NCBI RefSeq assembly: GCF_002113885.1
Contig: NW_018404790.1
Location: 741,666 to 805,665 of the forward strand
DNA length: 64,000 nucleotides
Origin: Mizuhopecten yessoensis
Lineage: Eukaryota
Reading direction: 5' to 3'
The notes under the pieces were generated by a model, which worked only from the letters and a program-made list of their open reading frames with translations, had not been told where the DNA came from and did no database searches. The position numbers and the translations under genes are program-made. Positions 1 to 12,110 of this stretch are shown piece by piece. Positions within the stretch are counted from its first letter, which is position 1; every line of letters starts with the position of its first letter.

Positions 1-337
1 GAGCCGGTGGCCTTGTTGACCGACCAGTAAGGTGTCCTTAGTGTTGGCCAGGAATCAATTAGCATGTGAATGTCTGATCATTAGGGGGGAGTCCCACGCA
101 TCTGTTTATTCAACAGCTCGGACACCCGGGACTGACCATTCCACAAATTAAAAGTCGTGTGCATACAGGTATGGACACGTTTTTCTGCGATTTTGTCAAC
201 GATCTGCTACTATTGGGTGAAGGGTAGAGACCCGTGAGACTGTTTATTTATCGAACCAAGTTATTACTTAAAGACAAATACATGCTATATATGCTATATA
301 ATATATGATATATGCTATATGATATATGCTATATAAT

Positions 338-460
338 AAACAATCTCCCTCAAATCTTACCGCAAAACATTATTGATTCGAAACAACAATCAATCTTCCT
401 CAAAGACCACAGACAAATCTTATTGATTTGAAATACACACCAATCTCCCTCAAATCTGAC
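338..460. repeat. Degenerate ~50-bp tandem repeat (about 2.5 copies)
   Basis: caatctccctcaaatc...ttattgatt(c/t)gaaa recurs at ~341, ~391 and ~442. Confidence 0.55.
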
Positions 461-1084
461 TATACTATTTATAACTCAGCGTATTTGTTTCTATTGTTTT
501 AGAGGTCGTAACCCAGAGTGTGAATCGCTACTCCTTTTTTAAATGACGTCACTCTGAAATTTTATCGAAATTGAGCCCTTTTTCGTCAGAAGTTGGGTAC
601 TTCCGTTCAGAAAGCCTGTTGCCTAAATGTCACGCAAGGTTCAAAGTCATGTCTGAATATTAATGTCTTGTTATTCCAAAATGAACCCAAAATATATACA
701 TTGATATTAGTTTTAAATCATGACAAAAGCAACCGTTATATTTAAATATATACAAATTTATTTCCTTTGATGAGGTCAAAACTGTGTTTACAAACGCCAT
801 AGATACAAAATAAACACTATCACCATGGATACGTGTAAACAAATGAGTTCTATCCATATGTAAAGTTGTGGAAATGTCTGTTCGAAAAACCATCATTATT
901 ATGCGCCTCTGTTGCGGAGAATAAATAATATCACAGATAAACAATGTTTACGCACATGGAGGTATTCCAGTTTTTCGTTATGATTCTTGCTGTGTTAGAG
1001 TGAGGTATAGACCGCATGTCAAGTTCTGATCTGATGTTTAATGTCAGGTGAACTGTTACATTACACCTACCATCCTCTTCCTGC

Positions 1085-2206
1085 TCATTTCTTGAAATGT
1101 ATAAAGCATCCGCCACATGCCTCCGTACATGGTTGTATGCAACAGTTGATGATGAGGCTGTAGATCTTCTGGCAGAGTCCACAGTTGATCTCGAAGACCT
1201 TCATGCATGGGGTGATGAACCAGATATGGTAGAAAGCAATGTAGGCGAACTCACAGCCCCATTCCGCTGCAATACAGATACCACAGAAGAGGGTGAGGAT
1301 CTTGTAGCAGAGTCCCTTCCACAATTCGAAACAGGTGTAGGACAGCTTCCAGACGCAGTCGATACTGTGGGTACCATCGGGCTCACCCAGGACATCGTTA
1401 AACAGCAAAGTCTAAAAGGGAAGAGGGAACACATTTGTTTAAATCGGGGTCATATAAGGCTGCGTATTTAAAACAAAATATTACGAATGGACTTTCTTGA
1501 AAGACTTAGAATATTGACTGTCTGGTAACCTAGCAACAGTATCAAACACTGAGGCGAATCCAGACTTGTCTAGGGGAGGTGTGGGGAGGAGCGGAGGATG
1601 ATTGTGGAAAACTTCCGTCGTCCCCCCCCCCCCCCCCCCCCCCCCCCCCACGAAAAAAATAATTGACAAAAATATAATTAAATAATGAACACTGAGATGT
1701 GAGTTAAACAAAGTTACAAATAGTCTATGTCCACATCCCGCTGCTGAAGAGTTCACAGTGTTTGTCCGCCAATTAATTAAAACTTCACATAACTTTTTTT
1801 TTTTTTTTTTCTCACAAGAACAAAACTAAAAAATATTTAATTGACAAAACTATCGGAAGTGTGATATCGCCAACTGTTGTATGTCTCTGTAGTAAGGGGT
1901 TAAATCGCATTAATAAATCGCATTAATAAATCGGATTAAATCTCTGATCATACACATGAATTTAAAATTTGACATGTACAGAACGCTTTTAGAAGCATTA
2001 AGAAAATCGGATGTTTTAGCGAATCGACGAAATCAGTTTCTAAAGTAATAATCTGACACGCACACACAAACAACATTTTCTGTAAAAAGTTCTATTTTAA
2101 AATATATATTTCCATTAAATTAAAAATCAAATTGATTACTTACCCCTAAATGGCTGTTAAGGCTATTGGGATCCCTAGCAACTAAATCAACTTGGTCGTC
2201 AGACAT
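1085..2206 (-). CDS. CAV: Caveolin-like protein, copy A, 129 aa; complement(join(1085..1411,2144..2206))
   Basis: Exon 1 is ATG..GGG|gtaagt (MSDDQVDLVARDPNSLNSHLG). Acceptor is tttag|ACT. Exon 2 reads TLLFNDVLGEPDGTHSIDCVWKLSY...HIWFITPC...FKK-TGA. It matches caveolin motifs RDPxxLN, the FEDVIAEP-like signature, THSxDxxWK, and HIWxxxPC. The intron is phase 0 and in frame. Symbol is family level only. Confidence 0.95.
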
Positions 2207-4439
2207 GGTGTTAGATGGCGTCTATAGTAACGTCTGTAATGGATGAGCTCGTAAATCGGACTGATCCACAGTGGCCAGGGTCAGTTTTAATACCTAGTGT
2301 CTTCTGGTTGCGTAGGAACAAGCGCGAGACAATTTAGATCAATCAAATTTGGACTGACCACTTAGTTGCCGTAGTGGAACATTGGTATAGCATAAACAAA
2401 AGGGTCAACATTTAAATCAATTTACATTGCTTTAGGGCTGAACATTTGAAGGACATGGTCAATGTATGATATTGACCACTGCATTGCTTGTCTAAGGACT
2501 AGATTAAACAAACCACACTGTTGTGTAGTGTTGTTTGGAAACGGGGGCTAAATATAACGGTCTTCCATTCTCAAGTTAAACACTGTTTGTATGATATTGT
2601 GTGTTAAGTGATTTGGCATACATCTGTATCTTTGTAGACTTATTTAGTACTGGTTTATTTTTTTACGAAAATAGTCTTGTTATGACTGAAACATTGTTTT
2701 AGGGAAAATACGGTTTTCTTTTTTTGTCTTCTGCCTTTAACTTAAAGCCCTTGTACCCCTCCCTCCCCCTCTCTCGAATTTTAACCCCTCCGTCTTGTAT
2801 CTACCAGGTATATGCTGCACGTCTCCGACTGATATCTTGGCATAAACACCCCACTTTGACACTCTCAGCCACGGAAAGTTTTAATAAACTGGCAACTTAT
2901 GTCGGTCACATTTTATCTCGGTCAAACTTTGTCCACGATGGTTTCTAAACCGTCAACTTCACGAAGCATTTGTTTTAACATGTCGTTAAATTGTATATAC
3001 CGGTACAAGAACGCAAAACACATTCGAAATAGTTATAATAAGTAATTCTTACAGATATCATATATTTCATAGGTACTGTCATATCATAAAGATGTTCGCT
3101 GGGAAAATCATGTCGTATTATTACGCCAGTCTTAAAATGTTCTCCGATGAATATACCAGTATCATTATATAATCCCTTAATTTCTACAGTAATTATATAT
3201 ATATGTAATTCAATGATGTATCTATTTGTACAGCCTCCGAATTAACATACAGGAACCCGTCAAATTATTCCGGAGAATGTTTGTGTAGGATATGTACCAA
3301 ACTTGACCGTTTCTCCTTACAATGGTCAGATATAGATATTCCTCGTAACATAATCGATAATTTATTCAGGTATCACCCGTCTTACGTCATCAAACTAAAG
3401 AAGACATATGTGTTGAAAAGGAAATAATAATTCATTATATGTTGAGAAGCGCAATGGCTGGTCAAGAATCTGATCGTTTAAACTCCAACCACAGAAATTT
3501 AAGAAACTCTATAGCTGGATGTTTTGAGCTGTACAATCGCTATTGACGTTATAATCGGGACAATTTCCGATCGTCTTCATTAATAATTAATCTTCAGCTT
3601 CCATGGCAATGCTATGAACGGATTTTGATATTGCATACAAAGAAAACGTTATGATTTTTAAATTGCACTTCCCAAGTTAGAATAATTATCTTGTGGTTAC
3701 TGATTAGAAGGGGCGCGGAAGAGAAAAAGGAAAATATTATACTATCATCATTATCATAAAAATTACCATAAAATGATTGGGAGAAAAAGCGTCTGTCTTC
3801 ATGTGTCTTAACCGTGATTTATACAAATTGTAATATTATTTAAACATCAAAGTATTCGAACATGTAATTACTCATTTGTTGATGTCTGTATCAAGTAGAA
3901 ACGTATTTACCATTCTTTATGTTTTTCACTTTTCATTGTGAGTAATTATCACGTCATAGTAGCATTAGAGCGTAAGCCACGCCGCTTTAATACTATACTA
4001 GTTTAGGTGCTTGATTGTGTTATTGTTTGTTGTAGTAGAGGTAATATGTATTGTCCTGTCCACCTAATATTGTCAGGGCCACACTGTCAGAAATCAAGCC
4101 GGTACGGGTCCTCTCTTGTCACCGACATAAGGAGCTTACGAGTACCGAATTCTGCGGACGAGGATTAATTAACAGAAATAAGGACTTAAGCTAACTACAG
4201 TTTTACCGGCGTCTGATATTGAGTACAAAACGGAGAAAGATTTTTTTCTGTAAAAATTCAATACACTCGATATAATTATATACTTGGTAGACATTATTTA
4301 TCTAACATTCAATTTTACAAACAAAATTACAAACATAGTCAATGAGTCATTATGACGCTCGTATAAGTCAAACAAGATATACAGTGTATTAATATGTTAA
4401 AAGATGGCAGTACCAGCGTTACCTTGGATGTCAATACCA

Positions 4440-5480
4440 CACACGACATACAGGTGGATATTGTATACATACTGTATTATTGGAGGGTAACAGCACCAAG
4501 AGTCACCCTTACCGTGCTACTGTCGCTCACGACATGAATTAGATTCTATATTCAAAACATTATATGTGTTAGAGAGTGATAGTACCTAGAGTCAACCCGG
4601 CGATGTTACTGTCGCACATAACATACAGTTAAATATAATATAAATACTACAATTGTTAGAGGGTGATAGTAACTAGAGTCACCCCGGCGATGTTACTGTC
4701 GCACATAACATACAGTTAGATATAATATAAATACTACAATTGTTAGAGGGTGATAGTACCTAAGGTCATCCCGGGGATGCTAACATACTGTTAGATATGA
4801 TATAAATACTACATTTGTTAGAGGGCGATAGTAACTAGAGTCACCCCGGCGATGTTACTGTCGCACATAACATACAGTTAGATATGATATTTCACATAAC
4901 TTTGTTAGAGGGTGATAGTACCTAGGGGCACCCCGGCGATATTACTGTCGCACATAACATGCAGCTAGATATGATATAAATGCTACATTTGTTAGAGGGC
5001 GATAGTACCTAGAGTCCCCCCGGCGATGTTACTGTCGCACATAACATACAGTTAGATATAATATAAATACTACATTTGTTAGAGGGTGATAGTACCTAGG
5101 GTCACCCCAGCGATATTATTGTCACACATATCATAAAGTAAGATGTAATAGAAATACTACATTCATTAGAAGTGGACAGTGCATTGGGTCACCCCGTGGA
5201 TGTTGCTGTCACAAAGGAAATACATTTAGATATTGTTTAAATACTAGATATATTAGAGGTTGATATTACCAAGGGTCACCCGGGCAGGTCGAGGTCACAC
5301 AGAACATTCGTTATATATTAAATAAAAGCTACATTCTTCAAGGGTTAAAACACCTAGGGCAGCCCATTGATGATGCTGTCACAAAGGACAGGAATACATC
5401 AGAAGCCAATAGTGTCTAGGGTCAGCTGAGAGTGCCACGGCCATACAGTTAAATATTACATTAGTTGGAGGTTGACAGTA
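4440..5480. repeat. 87-bp minisatellite array (~11 copies, homogeneous centre, degenerate edges)
   Basis: gttagagggtgatagtacctagagtcaccccggcgatgttactgtcgcacataacatacagttagatat... recurs at 4655, 4742, 4817 (after a deleted unit), 4904, 4991 and 5078. Confidence 0.92.
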
Positions 5481-6039
5481 CCCAGTTTCCCCAACTTTTT
5501 CACAATCACTCGAAGTGATATCCGAGGGGTGAATCTAGGTACTTTCACCTTGTAATGGGTATAAAATGTATCATTGTATCATATCAAACGTTATGATAAA
5601 CAAAGGTTTGGAATGTGTATATATAATATTTATTGACATGAATTTCAACAAAATAACATTAGACATTGTAAAGATAATTTACATACTGGTGTAAAATACA
5701 ATGAATGCTGCTAACAATATGACTCGGTCACTCTGGAAAACCGTAAATATGGTGACTACAAACCAAACGAACGTTACACGCATCGACTTTGCGCAGTAAA
5801 CATTTTTTACGGTCACCCGTTACTAAGCCGTTGTCTAGCACACTTCCATTGATTCAAAGTTAAACAAAAGTTAAGGTCATGGTCAGGGAACATGTTTAAC
5901 TGAAACATTTACCTACAACATTTAATACAGTACTTAACATGCCATATTTTCATGTAGTGCTAATTTTACAACTTTCCGTCTTTTTGGTGTCAATGTATTG
6001 TATTTTTTAATTGCTGTTCGTCCTTGTTTAGGTCAGGAA

Positions 6040-9000
6040 TGGTTTCAATGTTGTGGTCAAGTAACCATGTATCCACTCCCAGGTATTGTCCTGTTAAATG
6101 GTCAGTTCTTTATAGGTGACCTACAATGGAATCTGTATACAAAGGTATATTGACGTTACATACTTGTCAATGTACAGATTGGTCGAACTTGTATTTGATT
6201 GTCCACTACCCTTTTTACTGCCTTCTCAAAGAGAGTCCAGCTAGTGATATTTACCTATCGGGTGGAGCGTGTAGAAAACCAATAGGAAATAGTTCATTGA
6301 TATCGTCAATTATTAATAGAAAAACGAAATAATGTAGTTTGTTTTAGACTTACCTCATTTTTACATAAATAGTGTATATCAAACAGTTTTATTAGCATTG
6401 TTTCTTTAATTCATTTAAGTTAACATTGATTGTTTTGAACTCATTTTATGATATTAAAAGAGACAACAATATACCAACTACTATACTGATAGTAAAACAC
6501 TGCCTCTCATTTTATCTTTATTATGAACAAACTGATTCGCCTATAGTTAAAATTCGTTTGCCATGCAATTGACAGATTGACAGAATTTTAGGCATTCGGA
6601 ATTTTAATGTTTGAAAAAAATAAAAAATGCAGGGGCGAACTCGGAAATTTAACATTACAAAGCCCACACTTTACCAATACTGCAAAACAAGAAAAATACA
6701 AGCAAAACACAAAAATGAGTGTCTAGTTTATGAACCACAAAGCATATAGAAATTAATAGGGGAAGTTACTATAAGGCCAACAAGTTACTCCTTTTAGTTG
6801 CTTCATCATCTACATAGAAGGGAGGATACTCTAAGTCGAAACAGTCTGATTGGAACTCTCCTTCGCGATTATAACTGATACAGCGGTACCCTTCACCTTA
6901 AATAAAACATCACTCATCTTACAGAGTTATTTTTAGTTCGATTTCCAATTTATAGTGCTTCCTAGATAGAATCAAGTCATCGTGAGAAATAAGTGTCTCG
7001 ATAGTATAACTGGGCCAATTCATCTCATTGTGGTATAAATATTTAACAGTCTCGATTGTCCAGCTAATCTCTTGTTGAACTAAGCTCATTTACAACTTAC
7101 GATTGTAGTATTTCCACAATACTTTAGTGTAAGTCCGATTCTCATTGCTTTCATACAAACATACCCACGTTTTGCTTTGTGAATGAAAACCATGTACGAA
7201 GAAGGTGTGTTTACTAGGTACTGAGGATATTATACTATCATGCTTATCTGTCTTTATTTGAGAGAAGGATATACGTGTATTTTGTTTACATGATTACTGA
7301 GAATGCTATTAATCTCACCCTCTGTAACCCAGTAGTGGTGAAGTTTGCTTTTCGTCTGGTCAGTTTTATTTGTGCCATAGTGTTGTGGCAACCTGGTCAG
7401 TGTTTATGGCGCTTTTCTTTATATATTACGTCCGAAGGCCTTTGCTTTTAACCCTTTCTTAACACATAACCGATTAATGAACATTCTTTAAAGGGCGAGT
7501 ACTAATACGAGGTATATGGTCATTGTAATGCCATATTTATGAGTGTTAGCACACCTTACGGTTTCTGAGTTCCATCGCAACCTAACCGAAATCAACAACT
7601 ATGACCCATGCTTGTTAACCATAATGGATAGGAATTTTAATTAAAAAGTTTCATTTTTGCTCTCACGTTAGAATCAGTACTGTCATATGAGAGCCCAATG
7701 TACTGTTTTTACTCCTGTTTCGGAGCCAGCATTGAGGCTTGGTAAGACTGATGTAATTAAAACCGGGGTTTATAACACGTTCGGAACGCATACTTTTGCT
7801 ATTGCGATTACGACTTTACTCATGTTCTGTATACAAGTGGCAGAAAGATGTGAAATTCTAGGAAAAAAAAGAAATTTCAAACGATGATAAGAATAATAAT
7901 TTATTTTCCAATCAACTCTTCCATGTGCGATCGCTGTCTTTTCTACAGCCACCTTTTCAACTGACCATAAATGTGTCCAAATCATTTTCTTTGTGAGTGG
8001 TTAGATGTGAATATTTTTTCTCATATTCGGTATTCGTTTCATTTGCGCACACATTCGATATTAAAGGAAGAATATCTCGGTACTTAATAATTATAGATAC
8101 ATATGTATATAACTACAGCCATTCAAATTGATCTATAAATAGCAATTTTAAGTATATGTTGTTGTTTTAGATATTTTTATTTTCCATGTTACATATTTCT
8201 TATTTGCAATTTTTTAAAGATATATATATTTCGATGTTTTCCCGACACCTGTAAATAGTGACGCAATGTCGAACAGCCGTTCCCTGTTCAATTACGCTTA
8301 CCTGGCTGTCAATGGATTGGTCAAGTAACATTCCACTGCCAGGTATTGTCCAGTTAAATGGTCAATTCTGTTAAAATGACCTACAATGGTATTTACAAAG
8401 GTGTATTGAATTTATATTCTTGCCAATGTATAGATTGGTCGTATATTGATTTGAAAGCTACCCTTGCGGTTCTGGATAGAATATTTACAAATCGGTTGGT
8501 GCGTGTTGAACTTAGTCAGAACATCTACACGTAACATTCACTATGCTACGCAATTGGTGACTTATTCATTCTCTTTGATGTAACCAATAATGTACTATAT
8601 ATACGTAAAATACCAAAACAATGAGTAAAAATACACCTCGTGCTTTGAAAGTACAACATTTGATAAAGCGCCCTATCTAGCTAACAAAAGCCACTCTAAA
8701 GCGCGTTACAGTACATAGATATACAATTAATACAATTAGCATATACCTCAATCAATACAATGCTTGAGGAATTTGCAGGAGCTGCCTTATCAGGCGCTTC
8801 CTACTAGTCCTATGTCACCTGGCTAATATCTCCCTATGTGTGTATGCCTGTGTATGTGTTGGAGATGTAATGTGTTCTGTTTGTAGTGGGACCGTGCTTC
8901 CAACGGCATCATTTATTGTGCCACCCCACTTGAATGCTACAGCACATCCACCCGGACCAATGTATACACCACCTGGGTTGTTGGAGTTGTGTGGGCAGGA

Positions 9001-10830
9001 GAAAAACTGTTATTTATTTCTCTTGAAGTCGACATCATATTCTCATATTATCTTTGACAGAATTCACATGTTTGAATTCCAAAAACATCTTAAATATGAC
9101 CTTTTATTTCTAGTTTCGTTCATGTTCCAAATGGTAAATGTGGACGTTCCGGCATTGCACATTATGTTCGATTCGAATCATTCTTAAGATTTTCATTTTG
9201 GCAAAACTCATCCCGTGTTGTTTGGGTAACATTATGTCCCCCTCCCGTAGTGTATAAAACACTATGACGAATATAGTAGGATAGACAGAGAGAGATAAAC
9301 ACTATATAATGTAACCTGTAGGTATAATATAAAATGAAAAGCTTGTAAAACAAACAGTTTACCTTATAATGCAATCAGATACGCTCCAATCACGAAAAAG
9401 GTAGCATAATGATGAAAGGGGGAAACAAACTACCCGAATGTACACTTAAATAATGTTAATTGAAGGAGAAAATGTGATCAGGAGAAAAAATCTCATAAAA
9501 CATTGGACATGTAACGTAAGGCGTTTAAGTAACGTCAGCGAGTACGGTCGTTATAAATATATATACAAAAACAAGACACTAGGAGTTTTTATGCTTATAA
9601 CAATTACAGGAAGACGGGTTACGACACAGTATTCAGGTTGGTGATACTGGTACGTGTATCCCTTTGTTCATGTTGTGTCAGACCTCAGGAACAGGAAGTT
9701 GTAGTCAAATGACTTAATGTCTCATTATTTGGCGCAATTATTACATTTTCTTTTTAAATAAAAATAGTACACAGTGCAGACCTTTATCGTTTTGATCAGA
9801 GGGAGGGAGGCTGATTATCCTTTGATACTCCGGTATTATAACAAGTGGTTCTTATACATGGTCCAATAAAATAAAGCCTGTAAAATAATTAAATATCTGT
9901 TGAGAATATTGTTAGATATACATATCTTAGCAGGTGACATTTCATCTATCTCTATGCGTTTATTAATCAAAACAAAAATCAAACGAGGTGTCTGCGTCAC
10001 GTCTTGATTTAAGTATTTAACAGCCTCGATTTGCTTGCTTGTGAAACTAAGCTGATTACAAGTTATAATTTTGATATTCCTACCAGACTTAAGTGTAAGC
10101 TCTGTTCCCACTGCTTTTACACAAACATATCCTTATTTTGTTTTGTGAATGAAAACCATGGACCAAGTAGGTGTGTTCAAGGTTCCGAAGGGGCATCTGA
10201 CCGTTAAAACTCGCTTTCATATAGAAAATGTATTCATGTGAATTAGCAAACATCCTATTCCAACACCAACTTCGTGTCTCTCTTTTAACGGAAAAGGAGA
10301 AATGTTTTTATTTACCGTTTACATTTTCTAAGGATTCCTTTAAAACCAAATTTATGGAACCCCAACGTAGGAATAGGTTTCGGTTTGCTGGGGTCAGTTT
10401 TGTGCCACAGTGTTGTGGCAACCTGGTCAGTGTTTATGGTGCCATTTCTTTACAAATTACGTCCGAAGGCCTTTGACCCTAATCCTTTGTTAACACATAA
10501 ACGTTAGATATACATTCTCTGTAGGGAGACGACTAGGTACAAGGTTACTGTAATGGTATTTTATTAGTACGCTATACGATTTCCTACTTACATCGCAATC
10601 CGATCGAGAAAACAGAAGTAACAACATTAAACCTTATCTTCAACCTTGCCTGGAAACCATATTGGACATAAATAATTTTCAAAAGAATCCGTTTTTTAAA
10701 ATTTTGTTCCTTCCGATGCTTCCGAATAAGAGCAATTTGTAATGTTTATATTCTGTTTGGGAGAAAGTTTCTTCCTCATAAACGGAGTTTATAACAGGTT
10801 TGGAACGTTTTATTAATTCAAATTACAAAA
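6040..10830 (+). repeat. Old direct segmental duplication of non-coding DNA (6040-7800 vs 8310-10810)
   Basis: Collinear homologous blocks: 6050-6300/8315-8510; 7025-7215/10005-10180; 7355-7610/10390-10650; 7760-7790/10780-10810. Confidence 0.85.
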
Positions 10831-10957
10831 GATGTCGTACTCCTTCATTGATATAAAGTTTCCAGGATTTTATTTCTCAAAATAAGTCAGTAAACAAAAT
10901 ATGAAAATGTGATATTTGCTCGTTTAAGTGCTGTCGTTTCAATTGACCTTTCAAANC

Positions 10958-11000
10958 CACACACACACACACCACCACCAACACACACACACACACACAC
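10958..11000. repeat. (CA)n microsatellite, interrupted
   Basis: cacacacacacac accaccacca acacacacacacacacacac. Confidence 0.9.
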
Positions 11001-11199
11001 TTCTCGCTATTCTTTTTATATGCGCAAACACTACCTACGAAATTATGTAGAAAAATATATGTTTATCGTTATTCAAGATTCATAGTTTCTTTCAATATAC
11101 ATGTAAATTTTACGGTTTTAGTTGTGTTTATGTTGTGTGTGACATTCGTGTTTTGCCCATTGAATGTATGAAGAATCAATCAATCAATTTGATAATGAT

Positions 11200-11590
11200 G
11201 CTCAAATGAATGAGAATGAATGAATATCGAGGACTGTTAATGAATGAATATGATTGCATGAATATGCATTAATTTTATGCATGAATGAATTAAAATGGAA
11301 AACAAATGTGAATAAATGAATATAAATGAATGATTATAAATGAAACACTAAAAGAACGAATAAATACAAGAACGAATGAATACAATTGAACGAATGGATC
11401 TTTTAAAGTGTAAATATAAATGGAAAAAAATATCAATGAATCTATGTAAAAGAACGAACGAACATGCGTGATTGTAAAAATGAACAAACGTATAAATGAA
11501 GGAATGAACACGACTGATTGAATGAACGAATAAACGAAAATAAAGATAAATGAATATAGATGAATGAATAGCACATTGTCATTCCATGAA
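11200..11590. repeat. Degenerate (GAAT/AAAT)n low-complexity tract
   Basis: Repeated aatgaat/aatgaa/aacgaa words. Confidence 0.75.
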
Positions 11591-12110
11591 TATCTTACAA
11601 GACATCAGGCGGACGGCGGCGAATGAAGTGACAGTTTGAATTTTCCGGCATGACTAGTTAGTGCAAAGAAGACATGAACAGGACATTTTTTATAATGCGC
11701 TCCTTTAAATAAAAGACCCTTCAAGTATAGCATACATAAAATCAATCCACGTTTGAACATTTTCATATTTATATCATTTGCACATTATTGAAATAATAAA
11801 ATAAATCACTGTGCCAAAACTTGATACGACATGATACAGGTAAACTAGATGTAATTAAAGCTTATTTCAAGCAATAGAGCGAACAATACAAAAAATGTAC
11901 TGTGGTCAGTACAGGTAGTGGTAGCGGTCAATACTATAAGTACATATATGGCATTTTACCTTAAGCTGTCGCTAGTCCGTTAGTCAACCTGATGTTGTCA
12001 ACGACAACAGTGACCAACAAATGGCGTTACTTTAAAACCAAGAACCTTCAGCGAATTGTCACTCGACAGTCGACACACCAAGGTATCAACATCTCACAAA
12101 AACCACAACC

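Noticed and set aside
1-150. GC-richer segment at the window start, possible ncRNA or exon
   Set aside because: Truncated by the window edge with no recognisable motif; probably a repeat fragment.
1097-1471. Antisense and alternative-frame ORFs over caveolin exon 2 in all four copies (also 12885-13262, 18482-18736, 25312-25641, 1201-1434, 25416-25745)
   Set aside because: They are shadows of the conserved caveolin frame; starts and ends are not conserved between copies and there is no recognisable domain.
6800-6870. Possible hammerhead ribozyme (gtcgaaacagtc) and other CTGATGA words (e.g. 15705)
   Set aside because: Could not assemble the CUGANGA/GAAA core with three paired stems; an Infernal search with Rfam hammerhead models would settle it.
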